DNA from: Rhodocyclaceae bacterium | GTDB lineage: Bacteria > Pseudomonadota > Gammaproteobacteria > Burkholderiales > Rhodocyclaceae | Direction: 5' to 3' | Length of the DNA stretch: 64,000 nucleotides | NCBI GenBank assembly: GCA_041311015.1 | Contig: JBFYKG010000001.1 | Span: 1,103 to 65,102, forward strand | In this document: one piece after another, positions 9,210 to 18,376 of the stretch | How positions within the stretch are numbered: position 1 is the stretch's first letter | Layout of the letters: each line of letters begins with the position of its first letter | Notes under the pieces: model-generated | Databases searched by the model: none | Told to the model about the DNA's origin: nothing | What the model saw: the letters and a program-made list of their open reading frames with translations, nothing else | Position numbers and translations under genes: made by a program

Positions 9210-10716
9210 TACGATTCCCAAGCGATTACTGATGGCCGCCGCCGCGCATCCCGGCAAGCAGCCCATCGTCATTGATGAACTGGGCAAATCGCTGAGTTTT
9301 GATCGCCTGATTATCGGCTGTGCCGTTCTTGCGCGGCAGATCGAAGGCCTGACACACCGTCATCATGTGGGGTGCCTGTTGCCGAATAGCGTGACCGGGG
9401 TGGTGAGTTTATTTGCCTGCATGTTTGCTCACAAGACAGCGGCGATCCTCAACTACACCTTTCCCCTGCCGACGTTGATCCGTTGTTGCGAGCGGGCACA
9501 TATCGATGTGTTGCTTACTTCCCGCCAGTTTCTCGACAAATGCGATCTGGCCGATCTACCGGAGCTGCTGTCAGCGCACGGTATACGTACCGTCTTTCTC
9601 GAAGACGTGGCCCAACGTATTGGTCGTATTGCCAAGCTCAGCGGCCTGCTTCGCGTACGACTGAAGCGCTTACGCACCGAACGCAGCAACCCCGATGATG
9701 CAGCCGTCATCCTGTTTACGTCGGGTAGCGAGGCCGACCCCAAGGCGGTGGTGCTGAGCCACCGGAATCTGCTTTCCAACGTCGATCAGATTCTGCATGC
9801 ATTCCCGATTGGCAAGCACGAAGTCATGTTCAGCGCACTGCCGCAGTTCCATGCCTTTGGCCTGACGGCGGGCGTGCTGCTGCCGCTGATGAACGGCATG
9901 CGTACGGTCATCGGTCTCTCCCCCCTGCGGCACAAGGAAAATCTGCAGCTGATCCGCCGGTGGAAGCCCACCGTGATGCTGTCGACCGATACCTTCCTCA
10001 ATCAGCTGTACAAAGCGGCTAACCCGGAAGATCTGGCGTCGTTGCGTTTTGTGGTCGCCGGAGCGGAACGCCTCAAGCCGCGCACCCGTGAACTCTACGA
10101 AGCGTTGGGCGTCACCATGCTCGAGGGCTACGGCGCCACCGAGGCCGGCCCGGTGATTGCCGTCAATGTGCCTACCGCCATGCGTCACGGCACCGTCGGC
10201 CGCCTACTACCGCATATCGAATACCGCATCGAGCCGCACGAGGGCATCGACGAAGGTGGGGTCCTGCATGTGCGCGGTCCAAATCTGATGAAGTCCTACC
10301 TGCACGACCTGCTCGATGATCGCTCTTCTCTCGACGACGGCTGGTACGACACCGGGGATATCGTGACGGTCGATGCCGATGGTTACCTGGTCATCAAGGG
10401 CCGCAAAAAGCGTTTCACCAAAATTGCTGGCGAAATGATCTCGCTGGGCTTCATCGAAGACGAAGTCGCCAAACTTTCACCCGAATGCCATCACGCCGCG
10501 ATCGCGATTGAAAACCAGGATGAAGGCAAGCCGCTCATCCGCCTGTACACCAGTGATCCGGCGCTGACGGCCGCGGCAATCCGGGCGCATTTCAATGACG
10601 AACGGATCCCGAATACCTGGCTACCGCGCGAGGTTGTGACCTTGCCCGAACTGCCGGTGTTACGCACAGGCAAGGTCGACTACCAGACGCTCCAGAAGCT
10701 GGCCTCAGGCGGCTGA
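9196..10716 (+). CDS. AMP-binding acyl-ACP synthetase resembling the C-terminal domain of Aas
   Basis: FTSGSEADPKAV, EGYGATE, GWYDTGD, GRKKRFTKIAGEMISL and TGKVDY motifs; no PlsC domain. Confidence 0.85.
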   Translation: MPANNTIPKRLLMAAAAHPGKQPIVIDELGKSLSFDRLIIGCAVLARQIEGLTHRHHVGCLLPNSVTGVVSLFACMFAHKTAAILNYTFPLPTLIRCCERAHIDVLLTSRQFLDKCDLADLPELLSAHGIRTVFLEDVAQRIGRIAKLSGLLRVRLKRLRTERSNPDDAAVILFTSGSEADPKAVVLSHRNLLSNVDQILHAFPIGKHEVMFSALPQFHAFGLTAGVLLPLMNGMRTVIGLSPLRHKENLQLIRRWKPTVMLSTDTFLNQLYKAANPEDLASLRFVVAGAERLKPRTRELYEALGVTMLEGYGATEAGPVIAVNVPTAMRHGTVGRLLPHIEYRIEPHEGIDEGGVLHVRGPNLMKSYLHDLLDDRSSLDDGWYDTGDIVTVDADGYLVIKGRKKRFTKIAGEMISLGFIEDEVAKLSPECHHAAIAIENQDEGKPLIRLYTSDPALTAAAIRAHFNDERIPNTWLPREVVTLPELPVLRTGKVDYQTLQKLASGG

Positions 10717-10727
10717 TCGCGCCCGAT

Positions 10728-11042
10728 TCAGTACGTGTAATACACCGGGGGCGGCATGGGCACTGCATAGACCGGTGCCGGCATCACGGCGTGCGGCCTG
10801 ACGACAACGGGGGGCGGCGGGTAATATGCCGGCGGCGCCACGACGGGCGGCGGTTGCATCATCGCACCGATCGCCACACCCCCTACAACGGCACCCAGTG
10901 CAAATGGTAGCCAGTTGCCAGGTTGCCGATACCCATGATGACCCCGGTGGTGCCAGCCACCATCCGCCAGCACGGGTTGGCTAGCCAGCGTGACAAGGGT
11001 CAGGGCAACGGCCGCAAGGCCGGTTCTTAGTTTCAATGTCAT
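10728..11042 (-). CDS. Small exported His/Gly- and Pro-rich protein
   Basis: AAGGAG RBS, signal peptide, GGWHHRGHHG, glycine-zipper-like GAVVGGVAIG and PxPV-like repeats. Confidence 0.7.
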   Translation of the reverse strand: MTLKLRTGLAAVALTLVTLASQPVLADGGWHHRGHHGYRQPGNWLPFALGAVVGGVAIGAMMQPPPVVAPPAYYPPPPVVVRPHAVMPAPVYAVPMPPPVYYTY

Positions 11043-11146
11043 GGCGCACTCCTTCTTAAAAGTCACAACGCCTGTTGCCGATAACGCGCGGGCACCCGGA
11101 CGGATGACAGCGAGGGCAGACATCCCGAAAAATAGTTTCGCGGCGC

Positions 11147-11175
11147 TGGACAGCATTCGTGCTTCGTTCTAGTCT
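11147..11175 (+). promoter_or_regulatory. sigma70 promoter
   Basis: TGGACA (11147-11152), 17 nt, TAGTCT (11170-11175), upstream of the GGAG RBS for 11203. Confidence 0.5.
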
Positions 11176-11202
11176 GGTAGCGTCTTTTGATCGGAGTTTC
11201 TC

Positions 11203-11610
11203 ATGCGCTCAATCGTTATTGCGTTCGCCGCCGCATCTTCCCTCGCATTGGGTGCACCCGTTTTTGCCCAGCCCAACCAGGTTCAGCATGCCAATGGGAC
11301 GGCCTTTGTCTCCGGCGGCGTGGGTGACGACTCGATGGCCGCACTGACTGCCATCGAAAATCAATTTGATCTCAAGCTCTTTCTGGTAGGACAGTCTGGC
11401 GCCTACCTGAGCGATATCCAGATCACCATTCTTGATGCGCAAGGCAAAGGCGTACTCCTGACCACGACTGAGGGTCCGGTTCTGCTGACCAACCTCCCCA
11501 CGGGGACTTATACCGTCATCGGCCAGAAGAACGGTGACCGGATCGAACAGTCACTGGCGGTGACGCGCGGCAAATTGCGTACCGTCTACTTCCGCTTCCC
11601 CGGCGAATAG
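11203..11610 (+). CDS. Exported carboxypeptidase-regulatory-like domain protein
   Basis: Signal peptide; FVSGGVG...GAYLSDIQITI...EGPVLLTNLPTGTYTV pattern. Confidence 0.75.
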   Translation: MRSIVIAFAAASSLALGAPVFAQPNQVQHANGTAFVSGGVGDDSMAALTAIENQFDLKLFLVGQSGAYLSDIQITILDAQGKGVLLTTTEGPVLLTNLPTGTYTVIGQKNGDRIEQSLAVTRGKLRTVYFRFPGE

Positions 11611-11649
11611 CCCTCGGATGGCCGCAATGACTATGCGATGGCTTCCCGA

Positions 11650-11952
11650 TCACTCTGTGGATGCGCCATCCTCATCGTCGTCATCGTCTGCGGATCCGTC
11701 CAGCATCGGGTCCGGGGCGGTAAACGGATCGGAGGCCTCGGTGGCTTTGCTGGCTGCGGCGGGCGGAGGCGGCGCCGGTCGTACCACGGGCATGACTTGC
11801 GGTGTAAAGCCGCGCGGGTTATCGCCGGCCGGTGTATCGGGATAGTTGCGGTCAAAACCCTGAAGGCCCGTCTGGCAAAGCGCCAGGCTGCTAAAGGTCA
11901 GTAGTGCAGCTTGCAGGAGTCGTCTTAGGATCATACGTCTGTCCGGCGTCAC
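11650..11952 (-). CDS. Hypothetical exported protein with Pro-rich middle and acidic tail
   Basis: Signal-like N terminus, PAPPPP and DDDDDED; start codon uncertain. Confidence 0.5.
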   Translation of the reverse strand: MTPDRRMILRRLLQAALLTFSSLALCQTGLQGFDRNYPDTPAGDNPRGFTPQVMPVVRPAPPPPAAASKATEASDPFTAPDPMLDGSADDDDDEDGASTE

Positions 11953-12009
11953 GGGCCCGAAATCGGAAATGTGGATAATGTAACCGTTTCCACAGCAATC
12001 AGGTACCGG

Positions 12010-12669
12010 ATGTCGCTTAGGACCCGCGGAAGACTGTGCAGCACCCTGGTCGCCTTGTGTCTGGCGTGGGGATCGTTTAGCGCCCCGGCCCGGGCCGCCG
12101 AGAGCGAGGCCACCAGCGAATCCGCCGATGCCGTTGAAGCGACCCCCTCGGCGACCGCAGCGAAATCGCTCCGGGAGCCCCGAAGCAAATCCAGCCAGAG
12201 CCTGGGTGCCGACCCGAAGCGGGGCAAGATCAGCCTACCCACGCGCGACGATACCGCGCCGGCCACGATGACATCGAAGGGATTGCGCGGCAATGCCACC
12301 TTCTATAGCCCGCGCTTCCAGGGGCGCAAGACGGCCAGCGGCGACATCTTCAACCATAAGCTGTTTACTGCTGCGAGCAATCTCTTTCCGCTGGGCACCC
12401 TCGTCGCGGTCAAACGGCCCGATACCAACCTCTGTGTGGTGGTCAAGGTTAACGACCGGATGCACCCGAAGCACCGGTCACGGGTGATTGACCTGACGCA
12501 CAGTGCGGCGAAGTACCTGGACATGGTGCGCGAGGGCGTGGTCAAGGTTCAGGTTGTCCGGATTCCCGACGATGCGACGCCGGGCAGCACCTTCGATTGC
12601 GCCATGGGCTACGAACTGGAAGAGACCTGCGACAACTGCGAGCCGCCCCTGCAGTTTCTGAACAACTAG
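12010..12669 (+). CDS. rlpA: Septal ring lytic transglycosylase RlpA family (DPBB domain, no SPOR domain)
   Basis: GNATFY...GRKTASG...TAAS..FPLGT..V.VKVNDR...RVIDL motifs. Confidence 0.85.
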   Translation: MSLRTRGRLCSTLVALCLAWGSFSAPARAAESEATSESADAVEATPSATAAKSLREPRSKSSQSLGADPKRGKISLPTRDDTAPATMTSKGLRGNATFYSPRFQGRKTASGDIFNHKLFTAASNLFPLGTLVAVKRPDTNLCVVVKVNDRMHPKHRSRVIDLTHSAAKYLDMVREGVVKVQVVRIPDDATPGSTFDCAMGYELEETCDNCEPPLQFLNN

Positions 12670-12682
12670 CGCATCCCCAAAT

Positions 12683-12707
12683 AAAAAGGCCACGGTCTCC
12701 CGTGGCC
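12683..12707 (-). terminator. Intrinsic terminator of the CBS gene
   Basis: Stem GGCCACGG/CCGTGGCC with a 4-nt loop, followed by T5 on the minus strand. Confidence 0.7.
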
Positions 12708-12731
12708 CTGATGGCATTAAGCCAGACTGGC

Positions 12732-13322
12732 TTAGCTGGCGAGTACGGCCTCGATCTGGGCAAAGGTCTTGGCGACCGAGTGGATCTGTGTGGCAACCCC
12801 CAGCTGACGGGCGATCTGCGATGCCGAGAAAATACCGCGCACCATCTGGCGATCCGTCAGCGGATCCACATCAACGACCAGCGCATGGTTACGGTTATGC
12901 ACCTTCAGTGTTTCGATGATGTCGATCACTTTGGCCTGCATCACCTGCTTCAGCGTCAGCACCTCAATATCTTCCTGCTTGGTCATCACGTCCTTGACGG
13001 CAATTTCTTCGTGCTTGATGCCCTGACGTTGCACACACTGCATGGGCTTTTCACCCAGCACATCAGTCGCCGTCAGCAGACCCACGACATTGCCTTTGGC
13101 ATCGGTCACGATCAGCGAGCGCACGCCACGCGAGATCATCAGGTGGTTGGCATGACTGAGCAGCACATCGGCGCCGACGGTCGCGGCAACAATCTGCTTC
13201 AGGTCGGTCATGACTTCAATCGCCGGCGAATCCGGGGTCACGATATCGGCCTGGCTGGTCGGCAGGTGGAAACCGGCGTTCTTTTCGAGGGAATTCACCT
13301 TGAGGATCATCGGGCTGCTCAT
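12732..13322 (-). CDS. CBS-domain pair protein
   Basis: Tandem CBS motifs (GVRSLIVTD..VVGLLTATD; HALVVD...VRGIFSASQI); AGGAG RBS before ATG 13322. Confidence 0.85.
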   Translation of the reverse strand: MSSPMILKVNSLEKNAGFHLPTSQADIVTPDSPAIEVMTDLKQIVAATVGADVLLSHANHLMISRGVRSLIVTDAKGNVVGLLTATDVLGEKPMQCVQRQGIKHEEIAVKDVMTKQEDIEVLTLKQVMQAKVIDIIETLKVHNRNHALVVDVDPLTDRQMVRGIFSASQIARQLGVATQIHSVAKTFAQIEAVLAS

Positions 13323-13461
13323 GCTTGTATCTCCTATCCGTTGCTGCGGGGTTACCCCTATTTTCATGGGCTCACAGCGAAAGCGCGAACCTGTGGTGCA
13401 CTTTACTATTAAACTGGCATCATCAACCACACATTTCGATGCTGCATCGCAAACAACGCTG

Positions 13462-13626
13462 ATGAAACGCCCCGATTTTCTGACCACACTCATTCTCGTG
13501 TTACTGGCCCTGATGCTCTGGCAGATGGGCCAACAGGACTGGGGCAGCTTTCTGCTCCTACTGGCTGCTGCGGCCGGCCTGATTGCCATCAAAGTCACGG
13601 ATCACCAGAAATCTGCCCGCTTATGA
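13462..13626 (+). CDS. Small two-TM membrane protein
   Basis: MKRPDFLTTLILVLLALMLW...FLLLLAAAAGLIAIK; ATGA overlap with the SCO gene. Confidence 0.6.
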   Translation: MKRPDFLTTLILVLLALMLWQMGQQDWGSFLLLLAAAAGLIAIKVTDHQKSARL

Positions 13627-14216
13627 TCACCCTATTTCGACGTGCACTCCTGCTGGCCAGCGCTGTAGCCCTGCTGGCTTGTGGTGATAAACCGCTGCCC
13701 TTCAAGGCGAAGCCTTTCCCTGATGCGCCGATGGCCGCCAACTTCACGCTGACCGATCAATTCGGCCAGCCGAAGTCGTTGAGCGATTTTAAGGGCAAGG
13801 TCGTCAGCCTCTTCTTCGGCTTCACGCACTGTCCGGACATCTGCCCCACCCACCTGGCCCGTCAGGCTGAAGTGATGCGCCAGCTGGGCCCACGCGCAAA
13901 CGACGTGGCCGTGTTGTTCGTCTCGCTCGATCCTGAGCGGGATACACCCGACGCATTGAAAAATTATATGGATGCCTTTGACCCGCGCTTTATTGCCCTG
14001 ACCGGCAGCCCGGAAGAGACCCGCAAGGTGGCACGTCAATACAAGATCTACTGGCAGAAGACCGCACTCCCGAATTCTGCGCTGGTCTATACGATTGATC
14101 ATACGACCAATAGCTTTGTCATCGATCGGCAGGGGCGACTCCGTCTGACCGTGCCCCATGAAATGGCCGCCGCCGATGTGACCCATGATCTGCAACTTCT
14201 TATCGATGCTCAGTGA
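13623..14216 (+). CDS. SCO1/SenC copper chaperone lipoprotein
   Basis: LLAC lipobox, FGFTHCPDICP (CxxxC), DPERD and conserved His in IDHT. Confidence 0.9.
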   Translation: MITLFRRALLLASAVALLACGDKPLPFKAKPFPDAPMAANFTLTDQFGQPKSLSDFKGKVVSLFFGFTHCPDICPTHLARQAEVMRQLGPRANDVAVLFVSLDPERDTPDALKNYMDAFDPRFIALTGSPEETRKVARQYKIYWQKTALPNSALVYTIDHTTNSFVIDRQGRLRLTVPHEMAAADVTHDLQLLIDAQ

Positions 14217-14217
14217 T

Positions 14218-14907
14218 ATGACCGATTACGCCATCACCCCCGCTGCTGAAGTCACGATTCCCGTCCTGGGCAGCCAGGCCGTTTTTCCCGTGCGGCGAAT
14301 CTACTGCGTGGGCCGCAACTACGCAGAGCACGCCCGTGAAATGGGGGCTGACCCGAATCGCGAGCCGCCGTTCTTTTTTTCGAAACCCCGCGATGCGATC
14401 GTAGCGTGCGGCGGCCCCGTGCCCTTTCCACCCGCCACCACCAATCTGCAGCACGAGGTGGAACTGGTCGTTGCCATTGGCAAAGGGGGCGCCGACATTC
14501 CCGAAGCCGACGCGCTGTCTCACGTGTATGGCTACGCCACCGGTATCGATTTCACCCGCCGCGACCTGCAGACGCTGGCCCGCGAAAAGTGCCACCCGTG
14601 GGAACTCGGTAAAGGCATGGATGGGGGCGCACCAATCTCCGCGATTGTGCCGGTCACGGCTGGCACACCTGCACAGGACGCGCGCATCTGGCTCCAGGTG
14701 AATGGCCAAGAACGGCAGTCGGCGCAGCTCAATCAGATGACCTGGCAGGTTGCCGAGATCATTAACCGGTTATCGCACTTCTTTGCGCTCGCCCCCGGTG
14801 ACCTGATCTTTACGGGCACCCCCGGTGGCGTCTCCACGGTCGTGCGTGGCGACACCCTCCGCTGCGGCATCGACGGCCTGCCAGAACTGGGCGTGACTCT
14901 GATCTGA
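14218..14907 (+). CDS. Fumarylacetoacetate hydrolase family protein
   Basis: RRIYCVGRNYAEHAREM, HEVELVV, DFTRRDLQ and GDLIFTGTPGG motifs. Confidence 0.9.
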   Translation: MTDYAITPAAEVTIPVLGSQAVFPVRRIYCVGRNYAEHAREMGADPNREPPFFFSKPRDAIVACGGPVPFPPATTNLQHEVELVVAIGKGGADIPEADALSHVYGYATGIDFTRRDLQTLAREKCHPWELGKGMDGGAPISAIVPVTAGTPAQDARIWLQVNGQERQSAQLNQMTWQVAEIINRLSHFFALAPGDLIFTGTPGGVSTVVRGDTLRCGIDGLPELGVTLI

Positions 14908-15846
14908 TTCACCCCCCGCGAGACCTAACTCGTCTTCGGGCATCATGGTGACCGAGACCTCCAGCGCATGCTCGCCGCCGCCCATGACCACACCGCGTAG
15001 CGGAATCACATCGGCGTAGTCACGGCCTACGGCCAGCGTGACAAATTCGTCTGTCACGGCTTTGCCATTGGTCGGATCCAAGCCCAGCCAGCCATAACCC
15101 GGACACCATGCCTCGACCCAGGCGTGCGTCGCGTCCGCACCGATCAGCCGGGGCTGGCCAGGCGGCGGATTCGTCAGGATGTACCCACTCACATATCTGG
15201 CCGGAATACCCATGCTGCGTAGCCCGGCGATCATGATCTGCGCAAAGTCCTGACACACGCCTCGCCGGTGTTCTAGCACCTCGAGCAGGGGCGTACCAAC
15301 GGCCGTGGCCTCCGGGTCAAAAATGAATGTCTCGTGGATGGCGCGCGTCAACGCCAGCAACTGCTCATGCAGCGGCTGCCCGTCGCCCGGCATCTGTGCC
15401 CGTGCCCAGGCACCGGCTTCGGCCAAGAGGGGAATCATCGGTGAATCCGTGAGGTACGGCGCACAGGTCATGGCAAATTCGGTACCCGCCTGATCCCCCG
15501 GTTCAAAGAAGCGCCGCGCCAATCCCTGGCCATTCCAGGCCATGGTGGTTTCCGGCCACGCCGGCATACGGACATCGACGGTCAACGCAACCCCAACCGA
15601 CAACAGGCGATGCGGCGTATGAATCGCAAAATCCCGATAGCCGTTTCCAAAAAAATCCGTCCCGGTCATTTGCGCGGCCAACGGGTGATTGACCGTAAAT
15701 GCCGCATCAACAACACGCTGGTTCAATCGATCAATGGGGGTGAGGTGCGCCCGATGGTGCGCGCTACTGACCGAATAGGCGTAGCAGTATTCGGTATGGT
15801 GACGAATCCGATAACGCCGCCAGGGGGTGTCTGCCTGCTGGCGCAT
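14770..15846 (-). CDS. Transglutaminase-family protein (Bact_transglu_N plus core)
   Basis: Catalytic triad in GVCQDFA / THAWVE / GLDPTN; the C-terminal ~46 codons overlap the FAH gene antisense. Confidence 0.9.
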   Translation of the reverse strand: MRQQADTPWRRYRIRHHTEYCYAYSVSSAHHRAHLTPIDRLNQRVVDAAFTVNHPLAAQMTGTDFFGNGYRDFAIHTPHRLLSVGVALTVDVRMPAWPETTMAWNGQGLARRFFEPGDQAGTEFAMTCAPYLTDSPMIPLLAEAGAWARAQMPGDGQPLHEQLLALTRAIHETFIFDPEATAVGTPLLEVLEHRRGVCQDFAQIMIAGLRSMGIPARYVSGYILTNPPPGQPRLIGADATHAWVEAWCPGYGWLGLDPTNGKAVTDEFVTLAVGRDYADVIPLRGVVMGGGEHALEVSVTMMPEDELGLAGGESDQSHAQFWQAVDAAAEGVATHDRGDATGGARKDQVTGGERKEVR

Positions 15847-18356
15847 TAAACGGCCATCCCGGTTTCACTCATGCTGAAATAGCGCGCGTTCAATGTGTCG
15901 CTCAGCGACATAATCTCTTGCTCCAACCGCACAAAGTCGGCACGCAGGGCCTTAATCGTGGGAATACCACCCAGCGACCATTCGGTGAGGAGAATGCTGG
16001 TCTCTTCGAGGCCAGCCAGGCTGATGCCGGTATCGCGCCCCAGCCGTTCGAGCGCCTGCTGCGCCCCATCCACCTGGAATCGCAGGGAACGTGGGTTGGT
16101 GCCGTCCAGAAGCACGATGTCGCGGACTGATCGCCAGGTGGCGATACCGGTGGTCTGGCTGCGGAACGAGCCGGATGAGTCGGTGAGGTCCAGCAACCAG
16201 TCTAGCGGTTGTGTCTGCTCGCTCTCGGCGCCGGCCGCATCCAGTTGACCAATCGCAACCTCCAGAGCGGCCGCTAGGAGCACCAGCCGTTCCAATCGTC
16301 GGCCCAAGGACAGAAAACGCCATCCGGCATCGCGGTTCATGGCGTCCAGAGAAAACCCAGAGAGTGCCGCCAATCCGGAAATGGCCCGGTCGAGCCAGAC
16401 CAGCGTTGGGCCCAGCGTACTGCTTTCGGTTAAGGCAGGATCATTCACCAGCCGGTTCATTGCCCGCCAGTGGTCGTGCGACAAGCGGTCCCGTAAAGAA
16501 AATGCCACGCGGCCAAGTTGCGCCAGTGTCTCGGCCAAACCCTGACCATGTCGGGGATGCGTCGCACAGCGGATCAACTGTTCAACCGGCATCCGGGCCG
16601 TATCTGTCACACCTTCCGGCAGGGTGACCAAACCGTAGCGCCACACCAAGTCGTGTAGCGCCACCGCCCCTTTGCGGCGCGCATGATGCAACCGCTCGCT
16701 CAGGGTCAGCCGGAGGAGTCGCGCCATGCCCTCGGCCCGTTCGGTATAGCGCCCCATCCAGAACAGATTCTCGGCCACGCGTGAAGGTACGCCGGTGTGG
16801 GTCATCGGAGTGGTGGCATCCGAGCGCTCCGGGAAGAACTCCAGCGCGTCACTGGTGCCCCCCTGAAGCACCCAGGTGTCCTTGGATGCCCCGCCGCGCT
16901 GCATGGAAACCACCCGAGCATCTCGATGCGATTCGACCCGTGTCAGGCCCCCGGCCATGACCTGATAACCTTGCGCCGCGGCCACGGCAAAAGCGCGCAG
17001 ACCAACCGACCGCGCCTCCAGCGTCAGGCTGCCGGGGCGTCGATTGAGCATGGGCGCCTGCGACAGACGCACCCACTCCTGAGCAACAAAGGCATCGGGT
17101 GTCGCTTCGATACGGGCCAGTAGCGCGTCGCGCTGCGCTGCGTCCAGATCCTGCCCGAAGATCGGCTGGAACGTGCCGATGCCATGCACCGATTTGATGA
17201 CCAGATCATCCATGTGCGCCCGGACATAATCCATGGCTGCCTGTTCCCCACACCACCAGGTGGCCACCGATGGCAAGGCCAGTTCTTCGCCCAATAGGAA
17301 GCGACACGCCGCCGGTAGAAACCCCTGCAAGGCCACAGACTCGGCCACGCCGGCGCCCAGCGCATTGGCCATCAGTACCGTGCCTCGCCGCGCACAATCC
17401 ATCAGCCCGGCAATACCCAATGCCGAGTCACTCCGCAACTCAAGCGGGTCACAAAAAACATCATCCTGCCGACGCAGGATGGCATGCACACGCTGCAGTC
17501 CGTTGATTGTTTTCAGCCAGACAAAACCATCACGAACCACCAGGTCACCGCCTTCGACCAGCGGAAACCCGAGGTAGCGCGCAAGCAACGAATGTTCGTA
17601 ATAGGTTTCGTTCAGCGGGCCCGGCGTCAGCACCACGATGCGTGGTGCCTCGCCGCCGCAAGGCGCATGAAATGCCAATGACTCACGCAAGGTGCTAAAG
17701 AAGTCGTTCAGTGAGGCCACGGGCATCTGGGCCAGCAACTCGGGGAAGGCCCGGCTCATGATCAGCCGGTTCTCTAGGGCGTAACCCGCACCGGAGGGCG
17801 CCTGGGTCCGGTCTCCTACGGCCCACCACTGGCCATCGGGTGACCGCAACAGGTCGACGGCATAGCTATGCAGAAAGATATCGCCTGGTGCCTGAGTGCC
17901 AAACGCTGCGGGCAACCAGCCACCCGCACCATAGATAACCTCTGGCGGAATGATCCCCTGATGCAACAGCGTCTGGGGCCCGTACACATCCGCCAGAATC
18001 CGGTTCAGCAGTCGGGCACGTTGGGCAAGGCCGTACGAGAGGGTGGCCCACTCATCGTGCGGTAGCACGAGTGGCAATTCATCCAGCGCCCATAGGCGAT
18101 CACGGCCCTGTGGGTCGGCATAAATCGTGTAGGTAATGCCCTCGTCACGAATGTGCTGCTGCGCGCTTGCCAACCTTGATTCGATATCCGCCGTCCGCAT
18201 GCTGCCGAGCAGATCAAACACGGGCAACCAGTGGGGACGGACCTCGCCACCTACCCCGCAGAGTTCATCAAAACGCTCTGCCGACGCGACCCGCCGGGCA
18301 TAGCCGGCGAGTAACGGCGACGTTTCCGTCGATGGATTCGGTACGGCAGCGGCCAT
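15846..18356 (-). CDS. Circularly permuted type 2 ATP-grasp fused to an alpha-E (DUF403) domain
   Basis: DRTQAPSGAGYALENR, LTPGPLNETYYEH, GGLTRV...GGASKDTWV, then the ER motifs FWMGRYTERAE and LGRRLER. Confidence 0.9.
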   Translation of the reverse strand: MAAAVPNPSTETSPLLAGYARRVASAERFDELCGVGGEVRPHWLPVFDLLGSMRTADIESRLASAQQHIRDEGITYTIYADPQGRDRLWALDELPLVLPHDEWATLSYGLAQRARLLNRILADVYGPQTLLHQGIIPPEVIYGAGGWLPAAFGTQAPGDIFLHSYAVDLLRSPDGQWWAVGDRTQAPSGAGYALENRLIMSRAFPELLAQMPVASLNDFFSTLRESLAFHAPCGGEAPRIVVLTPGPLNETYYEHSLLARYLGFPLVEGGDLVVRDGFVWLKTINGLQRVHAILRRQDDVFCDPLELRSDSALGIAGLMDCARRGTVLMANALGAGVAESVALQGFLPAACRFLLGEELALPSVATWWCGEQAAMDYVRAHMDDLVIKSVHGIGTFQPIFGQDLDAAQRDALLARIEATPDAFVAQEWVRLSQAPMLNRRPGSLTLEARSVGLRAFAVAAAQGYQVMAGGLTRVESHRDARVVSMQRGGASKDTWVLQGGTSDALEFFPERSDATTPMTHTGVPSRVAENLFWMGRYTERAEGMARLLRLTLSERLHHARRKGAVALHDLVWRYGLVTLPEGVTDTARMPVEQLIRCATHPRHGQGLAETLAQLGRVAFSLRDRLSHDHWRAMNRLVNDPALTESSTLGPTLVWLDRAISGLAALSGFSLDAMNRDAGWRFLSLGRRLERLVLLAAALEVAIGQLDAAGAESEQTQPLDWLLDLTDSSGSFRSQTTGIATWRSVRDIVLLDGTNPRSLRFQVDGAQQALERLGRDTGISLAGLEETSILLTEWSLGGIPTIKALRADFVRLEQEIMSLSDTLNARYFSMSETGMAV

Positions 18357-18376
18357 GAATCAGCAGAGTTAGTCGA

